A stretch of 58,526 bases of DNA, filler included, from Sphacelaria rigidula (Eukaryota), in the NCBI GenBank assembly GCA_964200075.2. It is 7 parts of 7 records of this genome, joined end to end, with 100 filler letters (N's around TTAATTAATTAA, not from the genome) between each part and the next. Parts side by side here need not be neighbours in the genome. Positions count along the whole stretch, not along the records: positions 1 to 8,276 come from CAXNAA020011687.1; positions 8,377 to 16,651 come from CAXNAA020011688.1; 5 more parts are not named here. The stretch is one strand, 5' to 3'. The translations under genes and the position numbers were made by a program. Numbering within the stretch: position 1 is the stretch's first letter; each line of letters opens with the position of its first letter. Below the pieces are notes generated by a model. It ran no database searches. It saw nothing but the letters and a program-made list of their open reading frames with translations, and had not been told where the DNA came from. Shown here one piece after another: positions 1 to 12,861 of the stretch.

Positions 1-800
1 TGGGGAAAGCACTGTTTTAGGCTTGAACCTCATCTCGGAGTTAAACCTCAATTCGCACAATTTGCTGTTAAACGCAGTCCACATCGCGTCTTCGGAGGCG
101 TAAGGCACCTCTTTGTGCGCCAGAGCGCCCGGAAACAGAGACGGCATCAGCGTCGGAAATTGCCGAGCGATACTATTGCGAATATACATTTGACACATGG
201 CATCACTAGGGCCATTCTGTCCGCCAGTGCCAGTTACACTAGACACCAAAAGCTTGAAGTCGCGTAGGTAGTCAGCAAAGGGCACGTCTGTTGCCACGAC
301 AAAGGAACTGAGGCGCTTGATGACGCCAGCCTGATCGGACTTATCAAAATAACTTTTGATACGCCGTTCCAAACTGGCGGATAGTAGTGGCTCTGTTTGC
401 CCGCCGGCACAATCTTGACCCATTGCTTGGAAGAAGGAGTCGAAAATCTGCGTCAAGGAGGCAGCGATGTCAGGGGAGCGGCGGCTGATTGAGCGATGCA
501 AAGCCTTATGTAACGGGGTTTGCTATCCATCAATCCAGCCAAAGTCTTCGAAACGTTGTTGTCTAGTTGCGTCGGCCAACTCGAGTATGTTGCGCACACT
601 TCGACGCATTGAGGAAATAAGAGCGGATGTAAACTGACCAGAGTCCTCATTATCTGCAGCAGGCATGGTTTTGATATGCCATAGTTTCTTAACATCCATC
701 TGTAAGTACTCACGCTTGATTGCAGCGACACGGGATGCTTCTCTACGAGTATCGGAAGCGGCTTTAGCAGCGGCAGCTTGTTGTGTGGCTGCGGCGGCGG
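1..800 (-). pseudogene. gag: gag core of the contig-1 Gypsy element, with a premature stop (TAG at a Trp position, ~524)
   Basis: Manual translation aligns with 57582..58277, which reads WVDGWQTP where this copy reads WIDG*QTP. Confidence 0.75.
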
Positions 801-3108
801 CAGCTATGACCGAGCCGAGGTAGAAGACAATGGGCGAGCCGAATCGTCACTATCACTATCCGTAAGACCTAGAAGGCGAGCAGACGCATCTGCTAAAGGA
901 GGCGATACTTGCCTGACGGCCGGTGAGGGCCGTGCGGATCGCGTTGAGGGGTACTGACGGTATCTGGATGTGGACGAGCTTGAAGACTGGTTGCCAGAGC
1001 GTTTGTGACTGCCCCGGGTTGTACGGCGACCGTTGTTGTTCTTACGGTTGGTTCCCTGTCCGCGGCGTGGTTCGGCGCCGCGTTGTTCGTCGTGGAAATC
1101 GTCATCATCACGACGGTGGTGAGATAGGTGGGGTGTGATCCAGTCATCAGCATCGTCGGGTGGTAGCGTGTTATGGGCGGCACGCATAGCAGTGAAATGG
1201 GCAGCGACGGCGGTCTCGTAAGTGGGGCGATTGTTGCCGGTACCAATCGCAAGATAAAGTACGAGGCCTTCGATGGTGAGGGCGCCCGGATCGTTGTTTG
1301 GCAGTTGTCCCCCTTGCTGAAGGAAAGGGACGATCACACTGTTAATGGGCAGTGTGAGCAAGCGCCAAGCGTGCTCGGAGGCGCGGAGAACGTTGTTGCG
1401 GTGGTACTTACCCGAAAGTTGGCGGAGCGTCCAGGAAAGCCAAGAACGTTCGCTTCCCTAGAGGCGGAGCCAAGGTGTGAGGGCAGGTGTCGTTGAGGCA
1501 TGAGGGACCTGCGGTTGCGCTGGTGGGGTGCGTGCAGGCGAGGCTGTAGGAGCGGCAGCAGTAGCTTATGGGCGCGAGGGCTGGCGGGTCTCCGCTGAGC
1601 CTGTAATTGCAGAAGTAGACCCAGGCGCTGACGCTGTCGGCGTTGTCTTCAGGAGCGGAAGATGTCGCCTCCGTTCCAAAGAGCGTAGAGCCGTGGTGGC
1701 GGTGGCCGTGGCCGCAGTGTATTGGCGCAGACGTTGTTCATCGCGCCGAATGGAGTCACGCATCTTTTCAAACGCAGCGAGACGCTCATTCAAAGTCTCC
1801 TGGGCCGCATGCTGGCGGCTGGTCGCCGAGTCAGCGGCTCGACGTTGGCGCGTGAGACGTGCCGTAAAGTCGTCGAGAAGGATATTATAAGCAGCGGCCT
1901 CCGCCGATTAGCGGGGTGAGGGCGGCGCAGGGGGCGTGGCCGGTTGCATTGCCTGGTACTCAGCGAGGATTCGCTCTTGATCTGAGCGGAGATCACGCAA
2001 CCAGAGCCGGGGTAGGAGGCCCGGCGGGCAATGCTCGACGCCCAACAGGGGGCGGTCGTCCGTGAGAGACCCTGGTGCAGGCGACGGAGCCGAACCCGTG
2101 GCAGTAGCATCCTGCGGCGAAGTGTCCGATCCCGCATGAGTTGCCGTGACCGGGGTGTCACCCGTAGCTGCCGTGTCGGAAGCTGCAGTTACCGTCGCGC
2201 GGGGGGCGGGGGGCGTGACACGGATGCTCTCAGCATCTGTAGCGATGTACGCAACCGCAGTAGTTAAAGTGACCGCGATGGGAGCGGTGGTCGAAGGTGC
2301 CGGGTTGTTAGCCATGGTGGAAGCAGATCGCAGGCATCGACGAAGATCTGCAATTTGTCGTTCCACCGCACGCACAGTGGCAGCATCGGGATGGGGCGGA
2401 AGGGCACGGTTAGTGCTGCGTCCGTCGCGTATAGGTGCGTGAAGGTCAGTCAACGAAGCATCAACGGACAGTCGTGAGCTCACATGGGTCCGATCGACAG
2501 GTTTAGGTCGTGAGGATCCCTTGGTTCATGTTCATAATCCTGATAACAGAGCACGTACGTCATGGACACGAGTAGTACTGTCACCATGGTGAACAATTTC
2601 GTCACCATCCGAATCCAAATCAGAGGGAACATCTGAGGTCGAACGTGCGTCATCAGGGTCTGCAGGCGCTGGGACAGAGGCCCGTTCGTTCGCACTACTG
2701 TTAAGGTGAACATGATCTGAAGACGCCGAATGTTGAACGGCTGCGTGAAACGCGGCCGCAAGCGCTTGTGAGAGTGCAGTTGTCGCCAGATCATCAGAAA
2801 TGACAGGCGGTGATGAACGGAGCAAGTGCTCAAGAGCCATGGCTAATAGCAAGTGCCCGGTGGGAGGCTCTTCTGAGCGGCCGAGACGCGAGGAGGATGT
2901 TCGGCGCCAGGGCTGGCGAACAGAAGTGTCCTCACGATGCATGTCGTGTCGTCGCGGGCGTGGTAAGGCATCGGAACCGTTGTGCGGCGTGCCGAAAACG
3001 TCGGAAGGCATGGACGACTGCCGTTCGTCAACACCGCGAGCGCGGAGTGAGTCGATAACCGCGGCGGAAGCGTGGAGCGGTTTGCGTTTCACAGAAGTTG
3101 AAACGGTG

Positions 3109-3266
3109 GCGACTCGTCAGACATGTTGGAACTCCGAGACGGTGTGCGTTTCACAACAGAGCGAGCGCGTAGCGACTCGTCGATCATGTCGGAAGTCTTG
3201 GACGGTGTGCGTTTCGCAACAGAGCGAGCGCGTAGCGACTCGTCGATCATGTTGGAAGTTTTGGAC
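3109..3266. repeat. 63-bp (21-codon) tandem repeat, ~2.5 copies, inside the element's upstream ORF
   Basis: GCGACTCGTC starts at 3109, 3172 and 3235. The minus strand encodes repeated (N/D)MIDESLRARSVxKRTPS. Confidence 0.9.
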
Positions 3267-5400
3267 ATATGGCGGTCGTGGTCACCAGTAGAAGCCAAGT
3301 CTTGAGACGTGGAGTCGCCAGAGTGGAGGGCCGAAGTTCCGTCGGATTTTACTTCTTTGTGTACAGGAGAGGTAAGAGTGAATGGTTTTGGAGGAAGTGA
3401 TGAAAGAAAACGCTGACGGCGTAAAGATTTGTAAGGAGGAAGGGCCGAGTGGAGAAACATTTTCTTCGGTTGCGTCATATTAAATTGAATAGGTAGAAAT
3501 GGACGCCAGACACCAGAGTACAATAGTTTTTGTGTAATAATAGCAGGTAGTGTAAGCTCGGCGGGAGATTATAAGTACCGAAACAAAGATAAGCAGTAAA
3601 GACTACAGAAATCAGGAATGGAGGTACACCAAAGTAGAGTAAACTGCTGTGATAATAACAATCAGCGTAATCTCGGCAATTTCCAAGTACCGAAAAGGCA
3701 GACAGCAGAGCAAAAAGGTGAAGAACTGAACCTAAACGCCGAAAAGGGAGGAACTACGGCAGAAACACGATACCTATAAAGGAAACCGTGTATGGGATAC
3801 CGCAGGAAGCCGCACTGAGGGTGTACTACAGGTATCAATAGTCGCAAAGAGCAAATTCGCAGAAAAAACAAATAGTCGTCGAAAGCAAGGGGGCGGTGCG
3901 AGCGCAAAACCGAACAATGAGGCGACTGTGAAAGGAGGCAGACACCCGGATAGACGTCCGACGGGCGCACTGTGCACGTCAAATACAACAGGGGTACTTC
4001 AGTGGCCAGGCAAACACCGAACAGGGGTACTTCAGCGGTGCAAGTAAGACACCGCACGCTGGAGGTGTAGAAAAACACAACTCAAGATCGCGAAGGTAGA
4101 CACGAAGACTAGTGTAGATCACATGGCCAAAGTGAAGGCGATGTGTAAATAGTTTTGGAATTCAATACAGAAAGAGAATCAAAAGAGCGGCAGCGAGGGT
4201 GCGAAACACTGAAGTCAAGTGCAGGGGTCCAAGAGGAGACAGCCGTAGCAGCCGACTGAAACACTAATGGTGGTGCAGATCAGGCGCCAAACTGAAAAGA
4301 CTACAGGGGGGTACAAAATTTCGAAACAAAAACAACAGTAAATCGTAAAACGAACCAGGTAGTACACCGCCAAAGAGGAAAAGGTGGAACACGTAGGGTG
4401 TTGTAATGCGTGACCAAGGGCGGATCAAGCAGTATAGAACCAAAAGGGGAAAATGTGTCACGTGGTACACACGCGAAAGATGAGAAATGTATCACCCAGT
4501 ACACACACAAAGATGAACAGCACGTCGCGTAATACATAACCCAAAGGTGAAACGGGGATCGCGCAGTACACACCCAGCGAAAAATTTAGAAGCGGGGCTG
4601 GGGTGTTGTAGCAAGCTGATGCAGGGTGCGGCGACAGAAGGACAGCACCGATATTTGTCAATTGTGTTAGGGCAGATTGTCGCGCTGAAGAACAGATATT
4701 GTGCACTACAGTACTGCTACACGGTGGAGCGGCAGTTACGACCTACACAGTAGTTGCACCGAAAAAAGTAAGCGTGTGGGTTGCAAGCGGTAAACCAAAA
4801 CACTGAAACAGTCAGTGTCAAGGGTGAGGGAAAACGTACGATAGACACAGCAGCGGCACACAAGTGTCAACGTCCTGCAAGGATAAAGGGGTAGTCGCTT
4901 GCGCCGTAAGATACAAGCGGCTCGTTTTGGATCTGTCCACTGAGGTATAATGTCAACTGCCTGCAAGGGGCACAACGAGCAATCTGACACAGCGCTGGAC
5001 GAATTCGTCGAGCGATGCGGAGCAGGAAGACAAAGACAAGGGAGCAAGGGTACTACAGATTAAGAGTGCGAGCTCAGCAAAAGGAGCGACCAAAGCAAGA
5101 GAAGGACAAAAGACAGAGTGTGCCAGCGGTGGAGGCGCAATCGTGGCTGCTGCGGCGGAAATGCAACTGAAGGGATGCAAAAAACAGCGCTGTGACACAG
5201 CAAACATGAAAGCACTCTAAAAGCTAAATGAAAACAAGGGACTATTGAGACTGCTACTAACAAGAGGAAAATTACAGGGTAAACCAAAAGCGAGGGGCAG
5301 CAAACGTGGGCTACAGAAAGAGACAGCTAAACAAGGCAACGAGGCTACAAGAATACGAGGGAACGGCTACTGAAAAACCAAGCAAGACACGGTCAATTAA

Positions 5401-5410
5401 GTCAACGCCA
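5401..5410 (-). promoter_or_regulatory. Putative primer-binding site TGGCGTTGAC
   Basis: It lies 1 nt inside the LTR end (minus strand ...ATTACA-C-TGGCGTTGAC) and begins with TGG, complementary to the tRNA CCA end. Confidence 0.65.
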
Positions 5411-5411
5411 G

Positions 5412-5888
5412 TGTAATATGGAAGGGCTTCACACCCCATCCTAGGTAGATCAATGCACTGCAAACTTGGTAGGATGCACAAGGTGCAATATGTCCGAGTA
5501 GAACAAGCTGCAGATATGTGTCTCACACACAGGTTCACGTGACTGTTGGTCAACAGTAGCAAATAAACAAAGAGCTCGGAGGCTTGATATCTTGGTATTC
5601 TCGCTTATTATTCTCTCGCCTAGCGCACTGTTCTCACCAAAGGTAAGCAGTAGGCGCAGATAGTCCGGCTCAGAGAGTGATCAAGGGTGCAAGTAACACA
5701 ACCCATCTGACCTAGGCCCGAGAAGGCGTTCCTCCTCCTCGGGGCTGGGGTACACCAGTCTGTATGCCAATCTTCCCCAAAAACTATGGGAGTAATCCCA
5801 TGAACAGACCGGATTATCTGTAAGTCAACCTGCCCCAAAACTGTCTGGAGGAACAAATAACGCCTCTCTATCTTCCTTCCTCATGACA
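5412..5888 (-). repeat. 5' LTR (~477 bp)
   Basis: The plus strand runs TGTAAT(5412)...ATGACA(5888), giving TG..CA termini with a short imperfect inverted repeat. It abuts the PBS. Confidence 0.7.
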
Positions 5889-6017
5889 CGCATGTGAAGC
5901 CATTCAGGGGTACACACGAATCTGAGTTTCACCAATCTGGGTCCCCCCCTAATTGGCACAGATTCGGGTCCCGCCAGATTCGGGATTGGCTGCCATAGAA
6001 AGTGATCTCTAAATTAA

Positions 6018-6177
6018 CCCTTTTGAGACCGGAGTCCCAGAAACATGTGGTTTTCACGCAGAGGTCTTTTTGTGGATCGAGATCATCTCTATTCGTTTTC
6101 AAGTGAAAATGATGTCGGTTCACGGAAATGCCCCTGCGTGTAAACCACGTGTTTTCGAGAGTTCAGTCTCAAAAGGG
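6018..6177. mobile_element. piggyBac-like MITE (160 bp)
   Basis: Perfect 12-bp TIR CCCTTTTGAGAC / GTCTCAAAAGGG, flanked by TTAA (6014-6017) and TTCA (6178-6181). Confidence 0.75.
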
Positions 6178-7164
6178 TTCATGGGCCATGTTATGGCAAA
6201 CAGATTTTTCGCCCACGGATCGTTCACTTTTGGGGCGTTTGACCCACCTTTTGACCCCCAAACCAAGAAAATCGCCAACACGCGTCTCGGACACTTTGCT
6301 TCACCCCACAGAGAGGAGCCTAGCGCACATTTTAGATTCAACAGCCTGGATTCGTTGTTGAGGTTCAACATTTACTTAAGGTTCAACGGACCATCGAAAT
6401 TCCATTTGCTTTGTTCAAAAGGCTCGGGATTTGCAAACATTTCGACCATGTGCCCCTAACGCAGACGTCTCTGCACGACATCGAAAGCATGATGGTGAGG
6501 AGTCCAACAGAAAAGCCACCGTCATTCATTGTGCCGCATCTTTTGAGCAACCCCTCCCTGCGTCTAAGCGCTACGGAGCACGTAACAAAGCATGGTAGGA
6601 ACATACTTGTTTGAACTAGTCCAGGAGGCAGCGACAAGAAAAAAATCGGACGCGTAGCCCCCCCTCCCCCTCCCGGAGGGCATTTTTTCGAAAATTGTCA
6701 TGACTTTTTCGATTTCTTTTGTCAAGTTTGTCGCAAGAAAATGATCAATAAACACTGTTTTGTTTTTTTCTGTTAATTTTGTGACAAAAACTTGATCAAT
6801 AAACGCTGACAAAAACCGAAAAGTCTGGTGGGCTTCGTGGGGTTCGTATATCTGCTTCTGTTCCTTGCCCCTTCTGTCCCGATGACCTCAGATGCCGAAG
6901 GGCATTTTTTCGACAATTAAAGTTATCCTGATTTCTTTTTTCTGGTAACTTTGTTGCAAGAAACTGATCAATGAACATTGACAAAATCCGAAACTTTTGG
7001 TGGGCGTTGCGGGGTGTATGTTTGCTTCTGCTCCTTTACATATCAATATATAATATATAATAATATAAGGATCATATATATTATATAGCATAAATATTAA
7101 TATATAATTATATAGTATAGTATATACTGCCCCTTGATAAACATTCATATGCAACAAGGGTCCC

Positions 7165-7285
7165 GGTTAAGCGGTTACCGGTTTAGTGTTTGGTCCCGGT
7201 TCATCGGTTCAAGGTTCGGCTGGCACCGTTGAACCCCGGTCTAGGGGTTGTATGACCGCTAAACCGGACACTTACCGGCTTAACG
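7165..7285. repeat. Imperfect palindrome rich in CCGGTT/AACCGG motifs (MITE or subterminal-type sequence)
   Basis: TTAAGCGG..CCGGTTTAG is mirrored by CTAAACCGG..CCGGCTTAA. Confidence 0.5.
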
Positions 7286-8276
7286 GTTATTAAGGGCGGT
7301 TTGAACCAAAATAGCGATTGTGTGCCTCGCAGTACGGGGGCAGTGCAGCAGCAGCACCGGGACCGCTACTGCACTTGAAAAGAAAGCTACTACGAGCACA
7401 GTCCGTTGTTTGTCGTGAAAATGTACTAAATTGCTGCACTAGCCTGCTGCGTTGCTTGTACAATATAGAAAAGTTAATCGAAACTGTGGAAAGTTGGCGC
7501 CGGAATGTGAACACGTGGGCGTGTGTTTGCTCCGTGCTGCAAGCCTTTGCATAGACTTCGGGGCTCGTTGGTTGTCGAGGGTGCAATTCACCAACGAACC
7601 CCAATGGGATGCAGAACTTGACGTGATCCTATTTCAAAGAGGGGGGAATTCGGCTCACGGAATGATTCACGTGTGTGATTTCTCTCTCCTACGCCTAACA
7701 AGGTTTCCGTGAGATTGGGCGTCTAGCTTCTGATAGAGAGTGAGATTTTTGGCTGTTTGTGCCGTTGGCCTCATTCTCACTTGGAAATTTCATACGTGAC
7801 CCACATGATGATCTACCCTGGCGGTCAAAGAGTTAGAATTCAAAAAGGTGAAGTTGTTCGGGATGTTTGAGCTTCTTTTGTTTTGTTTTGTTTTGTTTTG
7901 CTTGACTCAAGTTTAACTCCATGCTCCAAGTCGCACGCTGCGCTCTTGTGTGCCCCGTGTGCAGCACTACACACGCTGTACTAGACACGTGTTGGCAAGA
8001 AGACATGCCGTAGCGCACAGTAGAAAGGGATCTCGGGCACTTGCGGTGTACACGTATCAGAACGGTGAAATGGTGAGGGCAGGGGGGAGCTACAGTTCTC
8101 TTCATTTTTCTTTTTACTTCGAAGTACAGTCTGCGTTTTGGTCTACATCCTTCTTGGTCTACATTCGCAGTCTCTTGTGCACTATCGCAGCTGAAGTCGT
8201 ACAAAATAACAGCCGATCCTAATTATTGGGGTTGAAACAAAAAATGAGGTTGAAGTCCCATTTCTCTATTGCAGGG

Positions 8277-8376
8277 NNNNNNNNNNNNNNNNNNNNNNNN
8301 NNNNNNNNNNNNNNNNNNNNTTAATTAATTAANNNNNNNNNNNNNNNNNNNNNNNNNNNNNNNNNNNNNNNNNNNN
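8277..8376. other. Artificial contig spacer N44-TTAATTAATTAA-N44
   Basis: 100-nt spacer, identical at all six positions. Confidence 0.97.
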
Positions 8377-9298
8377 TTCTCTCTTTTTTTCCCCCCCCCC
8401 CCCCCCCCCATTTTGTCTTTTTTTTTTTTTTTTGTTCCCCCCCCCCCCCCCCCTCCCCTCCAAGTTCTCATGTTAATGTGGTCGAGTAACGGTCGTGCAT
8501 TTCTTCGAACCGATGTCATCATCTATTCAATGCGTTTTTCTTTTCTTTCCAACTAGTCACGTTTAAACGATCGAGCAACGGTCATGCTCATTCATCTTCA
8601 CATGTGTTGGTCAAACCGATGTCATTACCTAATAAAGGTTTTTTTTTGTTCTTCCTTTCAAGTTCTCGCGTGTGAATTGCCTCACGCTTTCTCCAATAAG
8701 TGAAGTGTCTAGAATTAGAACACAAAAATCAGCCAACCACAGCAAAATGATCCCTTTTTCTCACCCACATCCCAACCCCAAAACGTTTATTGACACTTCC
8801 TACGATAGCCCTCTTATGATACTGCCTCCCACTTTTCCGATAAACCCCAGACTGCCAACAAATTTCTATCCACCAGAGATCGACATTCATTCACCTCTCC
8901 GGTAGGATCGAGCAACGGTCGTGCTTTTGTTCAGCTGTTGTGAGTGCAAATATTACCCTCGGTTCGAGATTACGCACGGAAATGGTACTTAACAAATCTG
9001 ATTGAGTCATTGATCAACTGATGGATTGGTTGATCAGTTTCCGAGCATTAACTGATCCTCGTGGAAATACAGTTGTGGTCATTATCCACAAGACAGACGC
9101 ACTCAAGGTGAGCACTACGGAAACAGTCGCGAAAAAAAGTCGAGAAGGAGGGATAATGAAGAGAGAACAAAGTACCCTGCAAAATCATAACGAGAAATAT
9201 GACAAAAATGTGGGGAAAATGGAGGAAAGAAGGGGACAAGAAGAAGGAAAACGCCGTTCGATGGATATAGTACTGGTTTCGATGAACACTTCTTCTAC

Positions 9299-9299
9299 C

Positions 9300-9347
<48 letters not shown>
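9299..9347. repeat. (CTA)n microsatellite
   Basis: Directly visible. Confidence 0.95.
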
Positions 9348-9904
9348 ATCATTATCATGATCATGTAATCATACTAATACTCATACTAATACTCATACTA
9401 ATACTACTAGCAATGATAATAACAGAAAAAAATATAGTAATTATACATTATACATTATACATTTGTACATTTTGTGACCGACTCGAACGAATGTTGTCCG
9501 GTATGGAAACCGCCCAGAAAAGACATTGAAAGTTGAAAAAATGCTGCTGTTGGCTGCGAGCGTGCTTAATTCAATACGCAGGTGAACAACTGTACCTCCA
9601 CTAATCCAAGCTAATTTTACTGCTGCAAGACACACATGCCACGGAGTGATCCCACGATACGGGAGATGCGTCATGAGCCACTGGCGTGCTGCGCGAGGAA
9701 GGAAATCTCATTCTGAAATACCGCTGCGAGACGCAAATATGATTCTGAAAGCTCTTGATATCAAGACAATGTGAATGACAATATTTAAACACGCATGCAC
9801 ACCTCCCGGCCATTTTCTCAAGCCACATATTTGCGCAAGTCCCATGGGTATGCGAGTCCGTATAGTACAGTACACTACACCCATGAACCCTCTTGGTTCG
9901 TGCA

Positions 9905-10215
9905 ATGCCACCGCGCCACGGTGGTCTCATGCTACGATTGACACCATTAGGGTGGAGAGAATATGAATCTGATCCCTGCAAGATGCGATTGGGTTTTTTT
10001 TCTCAGAAGTACTAGTATCTGATTTTCCGCGTAAGGACGTACGTGAGGACGTACGTGGGTAGACAAAAGAGTATGTTTGGCTGAGTTTGTTCGAGATGAT
10101 AGTCGACGCGGTGCGGGAGAGTTTCGGTCATGATCCAATCCACAAGACCAAAATACAAGGCGTGTACCGGGGAGAGATCGGTTGATCCCTTCAAACTATT
10201 GGACCACGGACTCAT
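9905..10215 (+). mobile_element. tRNA-derived SINE, family E, copy 1
   Basis: Homologous to 22570-22872(-) and 41463-41700(+); shared CACCATTAGGGTGGAGAGAA head and GATCCAATCC..ACCAAAAT body. Confidence 0.6.
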
Positions 10216-10280
10216 CTCGAAGGAAGGGAGGGATTTGAAGTGTGACGAACCCCCCCCCTCCCCCCGGCCCTTGCGTCGGT

Positions 10281-10340
10281 ATGCGAGGGCAATGGTCTTA
10301 TGACTATGGCATGCATGATCATGTGTAAACCCTCCCCCCG
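10281..10340 (-). repeat. Short interspersed repeat family A (partial)
   Basis: Reverse complement of ATGATCATGCATGCCATAGTCATAAGACCATTG, also seen at ~41712. Confidence 0.8.
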
Positions 10341-10434
10341 GCCGCCGCTACCCCGTATCATAGGGTCACTCCTTGGCATCGAAATATACTCCAATAGTAC
10401 ACTTACACGTTTCGCCGAGGCAATGCCCCGTTCA

Positions 10435-10710
10435 CATGCGTCCACGTATGTCCGCCGCTGCACGTTGCGTATATTTCCCGTCCTACGTATGCGCACCATG
10501 CAGCATACGCTGCGCTTGCCCCCACGTACATACGTTCACGTATGTCCACTGCTGCACGAGACGCATGTTTTCCCGTCCTATGTATGCGCACCCTACAGCA
10601 TACGCTGTGCCTGCCCCTATGTAGATACGTTCATGTACGTCCGCCGCTGCACGACACGCATGTTTTCCCGTCCTGCGTATGCGCACCATGCGCATACGCT
10701 GTGCCTGCGC
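10435..10710. repeat. ~96-bp tandem repeat x3 (intronic)
   Basis: Three copies of GTCCRCYGCTGCACG...TTTCCCGTCCT.YGTATGCGCACC..GCATACGCTG. Confidence 0.9.
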
Positions 10711-10728
10711 CTTTTTGGTGGTTTGCAG

Positions 10729-10827
10729 GAGTTGATGGAACAGATAAATGCTCACCCGGACGACTTTTTGCGATTGATGAACGAACCGCCGGACATGCAG
10801 GGACAAGCTATGATGGATTTGGGGTGA
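10729..10827 (+). CDS. Exon encoding a RAD23-type XPC-binding (STI1-like) motif; partial gene
   Basis: Acceptor TTTGCAG| is followed by ELMEQINAHPDDFLRLMNEP, resembling the RAD23 L.Q.I..H..DF.RL.NEP motif. It ends either at donor GG|GTGAGC (10823) or at stop TGA (10827). Other exons were not identified. Confidence 0.55.
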   Translation, partial: ELMEQINAHPDDFLRLMNEPPDMQGQAMMDLG

Positions 10828-11032
10828 GCATTGAGCATGGCCTTGTTGTCTAAATTAAGTCTTCATCCGGCGCGCGCGACTAGTTTTTGCGTGACTATAT
10901 TCCGGGTCCGAACGTGGTTTCGAGAATATAACTGCTGCAGTACATGCCCCCGAAACGTTTGCATCGTGGTGAGCACAGATAGTGCCACCACTTACGAAGC
11001 TCGTTTCTGGCATGGGGCCCGAGTTCTTATTT

Positions 11033-11510
11033 GAGCAATGGCCCAGAAAAGGTATACCTCATCGCATTTGCCTAAGAAAGGTAAGAATAATAATGACCAA
11101 AAATGCGAAAACAGCACAACACACGATCTTGACCGATTTCGCTCCGAAGTTTTCATGCACAGCAATCGGGGGGCTCCTTGGCACCCGGGCCTCGGGAAAA
11201 AAACAGAAAAAAAGAAAACGTGTTACTCGCGAGATATGGTCATGCGCAGAAGGACGTCTCGCCTCCAGAAATCACTTCCCCTTTCTCGGCCAAATTTTGG
11301 CCAGGTATACCTGATCTAGGAATTCTTGTTCAATCGTTCCTTATCTGGGCCAGCAGTCGGCCCAAAGTACATGTCCTGGGCCATCGCTCCCTACACTGTA
11401 CCTGATGCGGCACACTGCGCGTAAGGGAATCTACGCGCCAACTCCGACCATGGCATCACACATTCGGCTCTTTTCCCGCCCTTTTGCCGTTCACGAACGC
11501 CACAACGACC
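11033..11510 (+). repeat. Left arm of a ~480-bp inverted repeat
   Basis: Reverse-complement match to ~12894-13367; the same peptide (IMTKNAKTAQHTILTDFAPKF...) appears in ORFs on opposite strands. Confidence 0.9.
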
Positions 11511-11819
11511 ACACTCCTTTCTCCCCGGAAATGGTTCCCGAGTCTCCCCGCATCGACACAAAAACTGGACTCACATTCCACAGGGCGTCGTTCTTTTGCG
11601 CTTGCGGAGTGTTGTGTAACATCGTGTCGCTGCGATCTGAGGCTGGTGTCATGTTCCGTATTAAATAGAACCCTTTTGGAGCCCTTCCCCCCCACCATTG
11701 TATGTTAGTGGCAGGTGTCCATTTGCCTTGTTTTCAAGTCTACGATTGTGGGGGGGAAATGGAGAAAAGTGCCACAAACATACCGTTGTGGGGAGTCAGT
11801 CCGGTCACGAAAGGGTTAA

Positions 11820-12861
11820 CCCTTCTGGGACCGACCCCCCACTAACACGGGGTTGACCATGTGTTGGTGAAATAATAGTAAGTAAGTCAGCGAGCGACCT
11901 GCCCAATCACGGCGAGGCGAAATTAATCGACCAGACCCGAAAGACCAGCGCGGGAACTGTTGCCGAGTGTGATGTCACTGCAAAGATCGTGTGGGGGCCC
12001 TATCCCTTGCCCAGATGAGCCTTCCCAGGTTTCCGAAGCCAGGATGCTCGGAGCATGGCTTATCGTATTACTTGTATTCAGTATAGCGTTCCCGGGATTT
12101 CCCGGGAGTTGTTTGAGTCGCCAACCTTTACTAATAAGTAGTAGCTACACCAACACAGGGTGGAGTGGGAAAAATCGGGAAGGAGTGTACATGCCACAAT
12201 GTGGTCACTTTCACGACGCACTAAACCCAGTTGTGCCGTGCAAAGACAAAACGAGCTATCGTGCTGCTTATCCCTCTGCCGATGCCTTGCAGTGTGCAGT
12301 TAACATGTATGTAGTGGGCGGGGATGAAGAAGCGATAAATAGGCAGTCGATCTCGGTGCCTGAGAACTGCCCAAGACGTGCAAGGGAGTATGCAGTGGTA
12401 GCTGCTGCTGCAGAGGGGAGGCGTACTGCATTGTACTGTACTGTACTGTACTGTACTGTACTGTATGTATGTATGCGCATCGCAACACCCATACCCTTCG
12501 AAGAGAATTTGTCGCATGAACGAAGAGGGAAATCGCGGCCCACCCCGACACAAAGGGCAGTGTGGCAAGGTGATGGGGACAATAATATAATCCAAAGCCA
12601 CAAGTGACGGGCGGCCCGTCGGTCGCGGCATCCTGTTGAAAGCTCCTACGGCGACCCATACTGCTTGCAACGTCAGATGTACATTACCTCATGCCCACCC
12701 TGCACCTGAAAATAGACTGGATAAAACTTCCGGTCTTCCCCATAACCCTGCATTTACATGCGCGGATTTCAGTAACATGAAGCCACCATTTAGTGCAGAC
12801 GCCAGACACGTCATTCCTAATCAGCCTGATTGATCGTTCTGGAGGCCCGGTCCCAAAAGGG
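11820..12861. mobile_element. piggyBac-like non-autonomous element (~1 kb)
   Basis: TTAA|CCCTTCTGGGACCG ... CGGTCCCAAAAGGG|TCAA (14-bp TIR, one mismatch). It is immediately preceded by another ...AAAGGG|TTAA end. Confidence 0.7.

Larger units (their letters stand above)
1..5888 (-). mobile_element. Ty3/Gypsy LTR retrotransposon, 5' portion (LTR, PBS, leader, disrupted gag-containing ORF); continues beyond window start
   Basis: The minus-strand translation of 1-600 (WIDG*QTPLHKALHRSISRRSPDIA...SYFDKSDQAGVIKRLSSFVVATDVPFADYLRDFKLLVSS...PSDAMCQMYIRNSIARQF) is clearly homologous to the gag-position ORF 57582..58277 of the Gypsy element in contig 7. An LTR and PBS lie upstream. Confidence 0.8.
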
